Shown here: in pieces, positions 41,801-54,940 of the stretch
How positions within the stretch are numbered: position 1 is the first letter of the stretch
Layout: the number at the start of each line of letters is the position of its first letter
DNA from: Macrostomum lignano
Taxonomy: Eukaryota
Direction of reading: 5' to 3'
NCBI GenBank assembly: GCA_002269645.1
Contig: NIVC01001711.1
Coordinates: 148,028 to 212,027, forward strand
Length of the DNA: 64,000 bases
Notes under the pieces: model-generated
The model's database searches: none
What the model saw: the letters and a program-made list of their open reading frames with translations, nothing else
Told to the model about the DNA's origin: nothing
Made by a program: the position numbers and the translations under genes

Positions 41801-44800
41801 CGGCCCACTAAAATTAAAATTTTGTTTTTCATACTTTTCATACTTACATTTTTTGAGAGCTTCATTCGACTAGTGTACGTAGTGCATTCATTCAGATTTT
41901 CATGTGCTGTCAGGGAGAAAAATCTTTATAAGTTTGTCCTGGCAATGGTCAGTTAATGATACATGCAAAAAAAATGTGTTGCATGTATATTAAATCAGGT
42001 GTCATTTGAGGATGGAGAATTCATTGATTGAGTCAACAATACATGTTCTATCTAGATAGAAATTTTTGCCTCTCATTAGACGGTTTAAAAATGGCTTTCC
42101 GAACAAGGCCTTCTCGAAAATCAGTTCAAATTAGTTCTTGCAAACTTACAGAGTTGAAAAGTTTCTATCAATATTTAGGCTCAAGCAGCGTTAGGGTGTT
42201 TGTTAAGAAACATAACTACAAAGGAGAGAAAATCGGGGGCTGCGAAGATACCAGGGTACCAGCATATACGGACAGGGGACAAATTTAATTTACATTTTTC
42301 GCACAGCGAACTCGCAGTCAGAACCAACTTGAAGTACATGCTGCATATATACTGGCGCATATAAGTCGCCACTCAATGCGCCAGTGAGCAATTTCCCCTG
42401 GACTATTCTGAAATAAAAGGTACAAGAAAACTGAGGAGTAGCTTTAATCCGTCCAACCCTCGCACACCGCTCTCCCCACTTCATTCCGCAACTCAAGCTG
42501 CCGTGGCGTTGCGTCACTCTAAAAAATTGAGAGACTTTACCTGCACTCTCAAAAGTTGCGACCACAGACGGAATTTTCTGTGATGGCGACTTTTCGATGT
42601 TGTTGAGTGTAACTATTGATATGGCGGAAAAATCTGTGGCCTCTTAGCACTGGTGAAAACTTAAGTTTGTCCCTTAAATTCTTAGTCCGTACAAAAATGA
42701 CGCTAATAATTTCCGTACGCCAAATTAAAGTATGGCTTTTCAAAATTGTATGAGCATCACTTGAGACAGAAGCAAAGGAGTAAAATTGGTGCAAAATTAT
42801 AGGTCCCAGCGCAGAAATATGCGATAATATATAATAAAATCCGCGCCTTAGAGCAGACTAGCAGCAGGCAGATTCTCACTATTAAGAACTCACCCACTGC
42901 CTCTGTGTCAGCAAAAGCTTCAGGTTCTTCTACTTAGTTGGCCATGGTGGCGACAGAATGGAAATAATAAACAGTGGGTAAAGCGGAGCGACGAACTGCA
43001 GTCAATCTGAAATAGAATGCCTGTACACTGCTCCAGTTTTAAATGCACCAGCAATCTCAAAGTTACACTGCAGAAGTTAGGTTATATACATGTATTTTCA
43101 AGAAGACGCGCTGGTTAAAATAAATTGAATCAAACACAATGATTTTGCACAAGCAATCGAGCCATTGATTGATCAAGCAGGGCAATCAAGCGATAGAAGC
43201 ACCTTAAGCGGAGTTTTAATATACAAAAAAGTAGTGTTTGTTTACAGTGTATTAGCCTAAGTAGACCACTCTCTACTTCACTCTGCCATCCCGTTACCCC
43301 TACGAGGGGCACTACGTACGAGACTTTGTTAGCGCGATCATTCTTGTTTAGAGCACAAAAATTCAACACAACTATTACGAGCAGAACCAGAGAAGAGAGA
43401 ATCAGTAAAGGAAATTGCAACAAAGGAAGATTTCTTACTATCGGCTTCCACAGAGACTTGCTCTCGCTTCCTGGCTGTTAGTTAAAGGTTACGAGTAAAA
43501 ATTTGCATAAACTGTTGTCAGGGTTAATAAGCTATTAAGCTAAAGTTGGGGAATAAATTATGCTACATATATCTTAATGTAATATTTACACTACATGTGA
43601 AAATATCATTTAAATATACAAGCTACAAGCAAGACAAAAGCAATGAAGACACCACATGATTCTTAGAATTTAATACTCCACGCTTTAATCAACGACTACT
43701 AGAAGTAACTGTGCTATACAACAGTAAAAAAGTACAACAGTAACTTCTATTTATCCTTGAAACCTTGACTTCAATGCTCCAGGATAAATCCAGCTCGATA
43801 GGGAGTAAATACACTAAATTTACGAAGTTAACGAGCTGCAGCTTTTGCAACTTATACAGCAGACTTAGATACCAAGCTACCGTTACTTGCTGGTTATTAA
43901 ATGTGTTTACAGTGCGCTAAAATTGTAGATTCATGCATGTAAATAGAAGCGCACAACATCAAAGCAAGCAAGCATACGAGCTAAAAGTACCAGGAGTCCG
44001 ATTTAAATGAGGTGAGAATAAAGTCTAGGCAACTTCTTTTGGTTCAATTAGATACTCACGATTGCTGATGACGGCAGCGGAAAGAGCGTCGAGGTTCTGG
44101 CGCATCTTTGCTGATGAGAACTCGCCTTTCCAAAGCGAAGAGAAAAAATAAATTCAGACTGTGCGAACAGCGAATTTGCACCTGAGATTTTCTTTTCACC
44201 TTACCGAAATGTTTAATATATAACGCTTGTCTTGTGCATCAGCTGATACTGGTGAAGCATTCATAAACGGATTTAAATCCCGAGTGCGAGTGGACTTCTG
44301 TATTCAGATTTTTGCAAGTCATTTCAACAGAATATTTTATTTCATAATACCCAAAAATGAACAGCACTACTGATAAATTAAGCCTACAGCTAGATTTCGC
44401 CTCAAAAGATCCGAAACAAATGAAAACGAGCTATCTCGGCTACTAAAATAAATTGAGTAACTAAAAGTATTTAATTATTTAATTTAATTTAATTCTCTGC
44501 AAACATGTCCGAAATTCTCACCTTGAGCCGTTGCCTGGGCGGCCTCCGCAGCTCTGCGCTGCCTCTCCTGCTGCAACAGTTTGCGCCTGAAATAAGATTA
44601 CTGCTGCCTTGCATTTACGCTCGTATGTGCCTTCTGCAGAACTGAATGCAGAACTGAACTGTCGACGATTCTAACCAATTTCAGAAGTGATACGCTCGTA
44701 AATATTTCTGTTTTGCAAGTCCGTTTTATAAAGGGAACCGTTTCCGTAAGTATGCTGCATACAATACAAGCTAAGCAATCGAAGAAGCACACTTAAGTAA

Positions 44801-47800
44801 AAGCACGGTCTTTCGTTATCGTGTTGCAACCCATTCAAGACGCTTGGTTTAATTCTTCTTTGCATTTTGCTAATTTCAATTTCAGTGGCTCAAAATCAGA
44901 GTTTCATATGAAAGTTTCTACCAGAAACGCCTTGCGTTACATATCTAGAGCCAATTGAGGGGTTAAAATAAGTTTAAAAGGCTCTGTCGATTGTTCAAAC
45001 CTTTTCTCCGCTTCCTCCCTCATACGCTCCCTCTCCTGCGCAGATTTTTTTCCTCGAGACCCGAAATGTGGGTGCGGCGCCACATCGATGAGCCCTGACT
45101 CTGTCTGCTGCTGCTGATGCAGAAGCCGAGTCTGCGGGCAGGAAGAGCGATGTGCTCATTGGAAACCAACTGCCATTTACTGACTTAAATTTACTCTTAA
45201 CTTTACAGATATCAGGCAGACAGACAGCAGACAGGTTAGACAGACACGATAGTTACAAAGCAGCACCTGGTACTGCAGAGCGAACTCCAGCAGCTTGCGA
45301 AACTCGGCACAACAATAGAGCTGCTCAGGGCTGCGGCTGGCCTGGTCCTCGCGGCTGGGCAGCGCCTGGATGGGCCGGCCGCAGAAGTCGCAGCTGTCGC
45401 CTTCCCTCATGCTTACGGCACCCAGATCCAAACTGAGGCCGGGAAACGCCTCTTCCACCGGGATCTGTGACTCACGCAGATACTGTATTTGGTTCGTATA
45501 TGGTAATAAATTAGCCTTTTGAAGTACAAGTTCAGCAATTACACGGTTTCTTTATTCGCAACAATACCTTTCCGGAGGGTGTTCACGCGCCCTCCTCGAG
45601 CGCTTACGTAGCTAGCTAGAGCGCAAAAAATGGTGTCAGAAGAGCCAAACTGAGTGTCAGGGAAGCCAAAATGAGTGTCAATAGAGGCAAAGTGAGTGCT
45701 TGTAGAGAGCCAGGTGGGTGTCTGTCATGGAAGACAAAGTAGCCCGCGAGAGCATATAGATATAGATATAGATATAGATATAGATATAGATATAGACATA
45801 GAGAAAAAGACGGCCACAAAATATTTTACCAACCTGAGAATTTCTAGATTAACCGACTAGTAAAGCCTAATTTTCCGAGCCAATTTAAAATGACCCCTAT
45901 CTACATTTTAGTGATGAAACCTGGAAATTAACTCAAAAAGGCCACGGTAAAACCAAAGCTACAATTACAGTAATAAAACCATTTGGTGTATAATTATAAT
46001 TCGGGTGCGCTTAACAATACGAACGAACAGTACGGCTGTAAGTAACAAGTAACAGAAAATTAGAAAGAAGTGCATTTAAATGTGACAGTGCGTCGCAAAA
46101 TAATAGAAAGGCAGACAGAGATAAGCAGGAGTCATGACCTGTGCCAACACGTCCTGTGTGCTTGCAGACGAAACAGCTGAGTGACTCAGAAGACGTCTTT
46201 ATGTGTATATAAAATTAATAGTCTGCAGAAATAAAGAAACTTTACGAATTCGCTACCTCAGCGCAGCTGTAGGCATCGCAAAGTAGTTCTCTGTTGTTTA
46301 GAATGTTTACGAGGAAGTGAAAGAAAACGAAAATGCTTAAGATTAACTAGCCTATTTCATTTCAGTAGTAAATATTAGGCAAACTGAAAAAAAAGAAATC
46401 AAAAAATTCTGAAACTCCAAGACAGGGTTTTGAAGGCAGTTGTGCATGTAGGACTTACACCCTGGAATAGTATTGAAGAAATTCTTGCTTTTCAGCTTAT
46501 GTAATTTAGGATATTATAAAAGATTTTTAATCAGAAGCAAAAGGGAGCGTGTGCACCCATAACGCACTTTAAGTGACATCGCCACACAACCTGTGAGAGA
46601 CTACTGCCCATTCCGCCGACTCCCGTGAGCAGGCGCGGATATGTACACAGTCATGCGCCCAGTTGCACACACCAAGGGCCAATGTATTCAATGTTATAAT
46701 AACAGGACGTAAAACTCAAAGATCGTGTAAATTTTAGGAGGTCGATTTCCTGGAAAAATACACCTGGATAAATTATTTTTTCAACACAAAATCAAAGATT
46801 GAATTTGGTCTGGGGGCATTGAAGAGTACCATTCCTTTAATTTAGCATAGAAAAACCGTTACTCTGATGTGTTTTACATAGGTTAGAAGTTTCATTTAAT
46901 ACTTTTTTAATTTCATAAGGCCAAGCCAAAGTTTTAAACTCAGAAGTTAAACTGTTGTTTCGTTGTTCCTTGAATCAAGTACATTTGTAACAAAATGGTC
47001 CATGCAGGTTCTCTTAGCCTTAAGAAAGGCCTTGGCAATTTCTTAAGACTAGGTCAACAACAATATGAAAAAAATTATTTTCTTAAACTTTAAATTACAT
47101 GTTATTATTTAAACAGGTCTAGGAATAGCTACTAGTATGCATTATTGGGAACTATAGCCACGATAATGGCTTAGAAACATGTATGCAACAATTTTATCAC
47201 AAATATACGACTCTATTCAATACGAATATACTTTATTCAAGAAGCACCAAAACAAACATTTCGCCGAGAGTGCCGCCCGAAACCACTAGGCTACCCCCCC
47301 CCTATTATAAAAGATAAAAAAACTACTGAAGGTAAATCAGGAATGACTGCGTTCTTTAATTTACCTATTACACTCAGTAGTCCAATGCAAGTACGCAGAT
47401 TATTAAATTCGAGAAAAAACAATGATTATATAAAATATTCACACAACTGTTGGGATTCGATCCTTGAACGCTTACCTGAAGAATCTGAGGTGGCCCCACA
47501 GAAGGAAGCAACCCATTATCAGCTGCCGGCTCTTCATCTGCCACTCCGACGGCCTCCGCTGTATCCACAGTTTCAAGGCCGGCATTTTTTGAGCTTCCAG
47601 AGTTTACTAAAGAGTCGCCTTTCACATTGGTGTCGGATAGCTGCAGAGGTGGTTGGGAGTGACTGTTGCCTTTCACATTGGTGTCGGATAGTTGCAGAGA
47701 TGGGTGGGACTGACAGTTGCCTTTCGCATTGGTTACTGCCCGCTAAAATTACGGAGCCTACTAAAAATTTTAATTGGTGAAAGTTGCTGAAAGATGCTGC

Positions 47801-50800
47801 ACCGCGCTTTCTCTGTCTCATTGTGGTCAAACAAATATAGTTTTTAGCGTGTTTGTGGGTGCGATCGACTTTGCTTAGCAAGTACTGTTGTCCGACTTAC
47901 ATCGGAGTCGTCGTCCTGCACCAGCAGAACGCCGAACTCATCATCAACACGCGGCTCCGGGTAGGCAGGGATGGTGAGGCCACCAGCCCTACTGCGTCCC
48001 AGACGGCCCGACTGCGAGCTTCCACCGCTGCGACCAGACCGCATAGAGCTACGCGAGCTGCGGGGCCCGCCACGCTTTCTCTGGCTGCTGCCACCTGCGC
48101 CACTCTGGACCTCTATGACGTCTGCCTCTGTGGGAACAGAGTTGAGCTCTATTTTGACAGATTTCCAATAGGCGGTCTTCCCTGGTTCTGTTTTAAATTT
48201 GACTACTTTATTAGTCCATGCAAAGAAATCCTTTCTTGATGCTTAATCTTACTCTCGCTCTAATTTTTACACCGATGTGCGTAAAATCAAGGGAAAATTG
48301 AAGGTCACAAATTTTTGGGATAAGAAAAATTAGCAAGCACAAACGAAAAACTAAACAGCGATAGCTTTTGAGAAATTCTGTGCACTTTTAAGGTCAGAAA
48401 AGACAGAGGCAGAGCAATATACGCTCGTATGTTTTTTCTTTTCTATAAATCATTTCATACAAATAGACAGCTTCGAACTGTGGAGCAAAAAGGGACACTG
48501 ATATGAAAACAGCAGAGGAATGCAAAGAGGGAGAAGCAGAGAACCGTTTTGTCTGTACATAGGTGGAATTTTTATATGTAGATTTTGTCTATCTACCGGC
48601 AGTAGGATGAGGTCGAAACCGATAAAGTTACTAAGGACGTTCTTTTACGAGCTATAATTCATTCTTTTTTCGTTTTATATGCCATACTCGTAGTTCGCCA
48701 TGTTTGCAAAGCAGAGAAAAAGACAAAAACAAAAAGACTCAGGCAGTCTATGCAGGGAGTGCGAACAAAAATATGTAAACGAAATCCACGCTTTTTTGTC
48801 AGATACATGTACCTGAGTTTGAGATTGCAGCAGCCTCGGTCTGACTATCAGCCGAGCTGGCTCGCACTGAGTCCTCTGGTGCCGTGTTTTCCATTTCATA
48901 TTTTGGAGCAGCTATCAATGCAACCAAAACAGTGGTTATTCATAAATTCGAACTATGGAAGTTAAACTAAATTGAGTAGCCAAAAATGTTGAAACAGATA
49001 TTTTGATCATAACTTGATGCTTCGTGAAAAAGAGGCTATCATAATTGTGTGAATTACATGTCATATACATGTATATATTTTTGGAGAACATAAAAAAATA
49101 AACCAGTGTACATGTAAGCATGTGCGCCCGGGATGTTAGCATCAATTAAGCAACCGAATGGAGCCCGAAGTCAGGCCTGGACCAAACCGATTATGTTGAA
49201 TTAGCTGACGTGTTGGGGGTTGTCGCTGACTATTGACTGGTTAACTAACTTAACTATTAAACTTTGACGACTCACTTTATGCCCTGCTGACCGTGCCAAG
49301 CGTGCACCCACTCATGCATGCATCAATGCGTACATAATGTACTTTCTACTTCAACTTTATCGATAAATCAAATATCGTTTCATACCACTTCGCATTTAAA
49401 TTATTTCATCTAGTTTTTCTTCGTTGTGATTTTCCTAATCAGCAAATATATCAATTCGCTGCATTATCGTTCTGACTAAAACAAGTCTTGTCTGCGTCAC
49501 TTCATTAACCATTAACTCGACTGATCAATCGACTAAAAATGAGTGACCCCCCATCGCAATTCCTATTTTTGAGATCTCAGGGTTTAATAGAATATGGATT
49601 TCATGTCCGCTTAAGGATCCGGCTACATTTATTGTATAATGGAAGCCGTTTTCAAATATCAGAAATCTATTTTCTGGATTTCTAAACGGTCATTTGGAGA
49701 CCCAAGAGAGGAATCATGGTGGGATGTCTCCGCGTCTTAGTCGGCTGGTCGGACGTTACATGCTCAAATAAATTCTACTTCAGTTGTCCATGATTAGTTA
49801 ATGTCGCTGGCTTGGTCAGACGCCCGACTGCACTATACGAGGAGGGGCGTACTGAAAGTTTCGAGATATGGTTGACTCATAAGTCACAACTGCACAAATT
49901 TTTATGTACATACTCTACCACCCTTAAGATGATTGGGTATAAATTTTCAGCCTTCGTGCTTTTGTCAATTTTTCACAATCACTCTTCAAAATCAATACCC
50001 CCTACCAAACTGTACTTGCTCCAATGGAGTTGACAAACCGCGACTTTCGTGCCATGATAGTTTACGACCAGCGAAAAGGTCTCACGCAGGAGCAGTGCAT
50101 TGAAAGTTTACGTGCTGCCTTTGGAGACCAAGCCCCTTCACGTGCCACAGTTTTTCGTTGGTACAGCGAGTGTAAGTGGGGCCGAAGCAGCCTTGATGAC
50201 GAGCCTCGGACGGGACGTCCAGCTTCCGCAGTCACGAATGAAAACATCGCTGCTGTCCGGAGAATGATTGACGAGGACCGGCGAGTGACCTGTGCCGAGA
50301 TCAGAGACGCCCTCGGCATTGGATCGGCAGCGGTTACGACCATCCTGCACGACAAGCTGGGAGCCTCCAAGCGGTGTGCCCGATGGGTGCCCCACAACCT
50401 GACGGAGGACCAGAAAGCGGAGAGGGTGCGTTGGTGCGAGTTTATGCTCGAAAGATTCGATTCTGGGGCCTCGAAGCGATGCTGGGAGATCATCACAGGC
50501 GATGAGACCTGGGTCTACCAGTACGACCCGGAAACCAAGCAGCAGTCGGCAGTTTGGCTCCTTCCGGACGATGCCACCCCAACGAAGGTCAAGCGGGCCC
50601 GCAGCGTCGGGAAGCAGATGGTGGCGACTTTCTTCAGCCAGGCTGGCCACCTGGCGACTGTAGCGCTCCAAGACAGGCGGACAGTCAATGCCGACTGGTA
50701 TATCAACCAGTGCCTGCCGCTCGTGCTCGATGCGTGGCGCAGACGCCGGCCGCGCACCGGACTTCGTGGTCTGCTGCTGCACCACGACAATGCCAGTGCG

Positions 50801-51515
50801 CACACAGCTGCTGCAACATTGGCATTTCTGGCTGAAAATGGAGTCCAGTTGGTGACGCATCCCGCATATTCCCCTGACCTGGCACCCTGCGACTTCTTTC
50901 TCTTCCCTTTGGTGAAGAACCAACTGCGTGGGACTCGGTTTGAGAGCCCTGAAGCAGCAAGATTCGAGTTCGAGCGGGTAGTGTCAGCAGTGCCAGAAGA
51001 ACAGTGGGCTGGAGCCTGGACGCAGTGGTTTCACCGGATGAAGAAATGCGTACAAGCGGGTGGCAACTACTTTGAAAAGTTGTGACAAAAATTTTGCTTC
51101 AGACATTTGTGGTTTCGGTGTATCTCAAAACTTTCAGTACGCCCCTCGTATTCCTGTGCATAAATTGATATGATATATCTCCATTTAGGGTAGATATATG
51201 GCTTTCTTGTTCGCATTGAAAATGCATGGAAGCGGGCGAATAAATTGACATTGTACGAGCGTATAAGCTCGAATTTGCAAATATTTCGTTCAAAATAAGC
51301 AAACATTTTCACTCACCTTTTCTCCCTGACTCAGCGTTTCCTGGTTCACTTTTGACTGACTGCTGATCAGACTGCTGTCGCAGCCGCATATCCTCTATCC
51401 AGCTCCACTCTGTCTGTGTCGCCAGGGACATGATACTCAGCTCCCTACCATCAAAGCCTTTCATCACGGCAGACACAGGGTCCGAAATGCCTTGGACGAG
51501 ACACTCCTGATCCAT
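38868..51515 (-). CDS. ERICH6: Spliced host gene, ERICH6/FAM194-like (gene span; individual exons given in evidence)
   Basis: Phase-compatible GT-AG exons 51515-51317, 48127-47901, 47742-47476 and 45482-45267 (CDFCGRP...LYCCAEFRKLL). Further exons at about 45150-45000, 44590-44520, 44130-44060, 41790-41630 (TINYSLSS..CLEEGWT), 41030-40790 (EKFYPNGKKF..FADRTGNVFYPSGRLAI, FAM194-like), 40390-40140 and 39110-38868. Boundaries of the later exons are approximate. Confidence 0.7.
39290..39893 (-). mobile_element. 5'-truncated Penelope-like retroelement (GIY-YIG endonuclease plus 3' tail) in an intron
   Basis: GVVYQFNC...YVGKTKRHLHTRIREH...FKVIDQ...LQILEALYIK...PNLNTQ matches the PLE GIY-YIG pattern; no RT is present. 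Confidence 0.85.
39311..39356 (-). ncRNA. Putative minimal hammerhead ribozyme of the Penelope element
   Basis: Minus strand reads CTGAAGA-TGCACAGTATCGGGC-GAAA-CGCGTC: conserved core boxes, palindromic ACGCGT helix III and a GUC site. Helix I pairing is weak. Confidence 0.55.
39902..39923. repeat. Interstitial telomeric repeat (CCCTAA)3+
   Basis: CCCTAACCCTAACCCTAACCCT adjacent to the 5' truncation point of the Penelope fragment. Confidence 0.8.
45755..45802. repeat. (ATATAG)n microsatellite
   Basis: About 7-8 tandem hexamers in an intron. Confidence 0.9.
49838..51148 (+). mobile_element. Full-length mariner transposon (1311 bp)
   Basis: TA on both sides (49836-49837 and 51149-51150); ~30-bp TIRs CGAG(GAG)GGGCGTACTGAAAGTTT.GAGATA. 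It lies in host intron 1, antisense to the host gene. Confidence 0.95.
50024..51085 (+). CDS. Mariner transposase (D,D34D), intact
   Basis: N-terminal HTH region, WVPHNL, ITGDETW, LHHDNASAH and YSPDLAPCDFFLF; 353 aa with no stops. Confidence 0.95.
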   Translation: MELTNRDFRAMIVYDQRKGLTQEQCIESLRAAFGDQAPSRATVFRWYSECKWGRSSLDDEPRTGRPASAVTNENIAAVRRMIDEDRRVTCAEIRDALGIGSAAVTTILHDKLGASKRCARWVPHNLTEDQKAERVRWCEFMLERFDSGASKRCWEIITGDETWVYQYDPETKQQSAVWLLPDDATPTKVKRARSVGKQMVATFFSQAGHLATVALQDRRTVNADWYINQCLPLVLDAWRRRRPRTGLRGLLLHHDNASAHTAAATLAFLAENGVQLVTHPAYSPDLAPCDFFLFPLVKNQLRGTRFESPEAARFEFERVVSAVPEEQWAGAWTQWFHRMKKCVQAGGNYFEKL

Positions 51516-52825
51516 TTGTTGATTTCTCTGTGATTTTAGATTGTACAGTTTTTTATTTTACTTACATGGCACAATTGTTAATAATGGAAGGCAATATTTC
51601 TTCAACTATTTGAGACAACATGATCGAATTAAATATTTTTATATCCACTGAGAAAATATATTATTTTATATTATTCTGCAGTATAAAGTCATAGATAAGC
51701 ATAATTTAACTTAAATAATTTTTAATGATGCAGTTTAATTTGGTTTCTCTCTACTAAATAACAACAGAAATAGATGTACCATACAGTAAAATACAGAGTC
51801 CATATTCTACAACACAATCCTTTGTCAATTAATTTGCTTTTATGCTTTCTTTGTTGTTATTGTATACTCATCAGTTTAATTTATGGTTTAGTTATTGTAA
51901 AAAATGAACTAGCATAATTTATAACGTAATGTTTAATATGAAAAAGTGAAAAAGTGAAGTAAAAATAAAGTACGAAATCAAACATCTAAACCTTTTTCAA
52001 ACAATAGAAAAGCCACTGTCAAGATAAAATGAAAGCCAAATAACAAATTATGAATTTGCGTATTTGCGGCTCGAAAACTGCACGTACCTGTCATCAACGT
52101 ATACTCAGCGACGCAAAATTAAACGTGTTCAAAACTACGTTGTAAACTATTTATTGGCTTGAAAAAGGTGAAAACCGGGGACGCAACAAACTTAAATATT
52201 TTCGTTGCTGTAAGCCTCAAAGCAATGTAGTTACAGAATTTAATTTAAATTGTAGAACCAAACAGCAAATAAAAACACACATACAACAAATAATTCATAG
52301 ACTAACTGTATTCCAAATGTTAATAAAATTGTCAGCTATTGTTTTAATGAAAAAATTAACGACCTTTAAAGAAAGTGAATAATCTACAGTTTATATTTAC
52401 TTATAGCTTGGAACTAAAATAAAAATAAGAATTTAACGCACAGCCTTTTGTGTATAATGGTGATGTTTCATTGTGCTAGCTAGCTGCACGAGTTTTTTAT
52501 GCCCAGCGCAGTATGCAACCGTATACCGTGATATATCTCGAGCCGAATGTTACGGACGGACAAGAATCTACTCTCAACTATTTTTGGTGAAAAATTCTAA
52601 ATGTCGCGGCGTGGATAAAAGACGCGGTGGCCAAAAATATAGAACACATGCACTTCTGAAAGTTAACCTCAATGTACATGTACTCCGACGTATTTTAGTA
52701 CATGTATATTGTATATATACGAGGTATATGTTTTAGTTATACGTATACGTATCTATCCGTATACTATATCCGTGCTTAGCATTTGTTCACTAATTCATTC
52801 TTAGCATCAAGGACGACTTAAGTAG

Positions 52826-53199
52826 GAGCCTCTTCATATCGCCGGTTCGAAAAATGGAACCGGTTCCGAAACCGCGGTTCGACGCTCTTACATATCGATG
52901 GTTCGAAAAACAGAATCAGTAACGGAACATGGTTCTGGTTCTAGAATATGGTTCGAGAAATTTTCTCGAACCGTTGTCATGTTTACACTTTAACATTAAA
53001 ATACATTTGAAATCGTCAATTTTTTATTATTTGTTAATAATTATTCCGTTTTTGTATCCGAAGTCAAAGAACGACAAAGTTAAATTGTAAAGACTATCAA
53101 AAATAAAAATGGGTTCGAAGCTCCTTATTTCACACTGGTTCTGTGGTTCTAGAACTCGAATTTATTCTGGTTCTAGAACCGATTGCCGTGAAGAGGCTC
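52826..53199. mobile_element. Putative MITE
   Basis: 11-bp inverted ends GAGCCTCTTCA/TGAAGAGGCTC flanked on both sides by TAG; the interior is rich in GGTTC/GAACC repeats. Confidence 0.45.
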
Positions 53200-53689
53200 T
53201 AGGAGGCTCTTCATATTGCTTGTTCTGGTTCTAGAACCAGAACCAATTTGTAAAGTATAACTTTTTGTCGCCTAAACTAGAGGGATATTACTGCTTTAAA
53301 ATTGTGATTATTGAATGGCAATAGCCAAGAAGAAAGTGAAAAATTGTGCAAAGTGAGGCTGTTAAGGCAGTCAAACATTCAACAAAGTTAAATAGTTATA
53401 CTGCTTTTTTCTTGGAAATCCGAACCGATTCTGGTTCTGGAATCGAAGCCTCATTTAAATCAAGTTGTGTGTGCATTTCTTTGGCATTGTTGTTGTTGGG
53501 CAATTTACCATCTGAAATCTGTGTTTATATAAAAAATCAGCTCCACAGACCTTACTGTTGCTTCAGTGCAGGTCTCCAATCTTGCATAGCGTGATGTTGA
53601 AACGTCAGAAACTGTACGATTTCGTAGCTACAATGGTTTGTAACTTTGAATTTGTAAAATAACCAGCTTGTACTCGTAGGTAGTTATAG

Positions 53690-54940
53690 AAGAACAGCAA
53701 CAAAAAATACGCAGTCGCCCCAGTAGTCAGTGGAGGGAGCGTCAGATGACATGTCGAAGCGCCAGCAGGCGAAGAATCAATTGTCCGGCCCATTAGTCGA
53801 CAGTGTCGGGCGCCCCAACGTTGCTCAGGATGCAGTCCACGTATCTCCGTGTCCTCGGTCGCTTGAGCCCGCCTGAACTGTTCCAGCAAAGTGAGCGGCA
53901 GGACGTCCTGGACAGGCTAGGGCAATAGCCCGGATCACGTAGCGCCTGTCAGTTGGAGTCGCCGTCTCGCTGCAGGATGGTACACCCTTGGACAGGACGC
54001 TTTTGTCAGCCTGAACGCATGGAGCAGCCCCGCGGGCCGAGTGATCCAATTGTTTAGCTGTTGCTCCAGCGTGGCCGTAACATCGGGACGCTAGAATTCG
54101 CGCGACTGGATTTCGCGCGATCTGGCATTCGAGCGACTGCATTTGCGCGACTGGATATCGCACGACCTGGAATTGAAGCGCGCGACTTCTTTCTAGCGAC
54201 TGGATTTCACACGACTGGATTTAAATCCAGTCAATCGAAATCCGGTTGCGCGAAATTCAGTCGCGCGAAATCCAGTCGCACGAAATTCTACGTCGCGCGA
54301 AATCTAGTCGCTTGAAGTAAGTCGCGAGAAATGATGCAGTCGAATTCAATTTCAAGTCGCCTAAAATCATCCGATTCGCGCAAAATCCTCGTGCGCAGAA
54401 GACAATTAGCGCAAAATCCAGTAGCGCGAATTCTAGCGTCCCTTGAACATCCACGTCTCTGCAGCGTTGTCGAGCAACACAGTCTCAACAGCCGAGCCCT
54501 CTGACGATCGGGCAGCGCTTTGGACTGAAGGATGACGCGAATCGACCGGTAGGCCGTCCAGGCAAGTCCTCTCGATCTAGATCTGCGTCGCCGAATTTCG
54601 TCCTCAACGTTGGGCATCAGACCGTCGAGGTGAACCGCTGACAGCGCGCGAGGTTGGTCGTCTGCCCGTCCGCGCCGCGGCATTACGCTGTGGTGACGGC
54701 AGACGGCTTGTCTGACCTGTCTGAAACTTCGTTTAGGAGTGCTACACAGAGCGACACATTCTAGCGCCGTTCCTCTTCGTGCTGCTCCTGGCATGGATTG
54801 TGCAGCTTAGGAACGGACCCCCTTCAGCAGGCGACGGCTTCCTGCTGCGCATGCAGACACATCGGTCGCCGCCACAACGAGAAGCGCCTGAGCGGTTCTG
54901 GTGGGCTACGCCGACGACCTCACACTCCTGTCCTCAACTG
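53690..54940 (-). pseudogene. Degenerate non-LTR retrotransposon (RT) fragment with an inverted 5' piece
   Basis: Minus strand gives EDEIRRR..GLAWTAYRSIRVILQSKALPDRQRARL; plus strand at about 54800-54940 gives GYADDLTLL. Confidence 0.7.
54085..54442. mobile_element. MITE inserted in the LINE fragment
   Basis: 19-bp TIRs GGGACGCTAGAATTCGCGC/GCGCGAATTCTAGCGTCCC; internal GCGCGA-rich repeats; imperfect flanking duplication (AACATC on both sides). Confidence 0.75.

Noticed and set aside
48598-48625. Second hammerhead-like motif (GATGAGGTCGAAACC)
   Set aside because: It lacks the CUGA core and pairing helices.
50062-50960. Antisense and alternate-frame ORFs over the mariner
   Set aside because: Shadows of the GC-rich transposase coding sequence.
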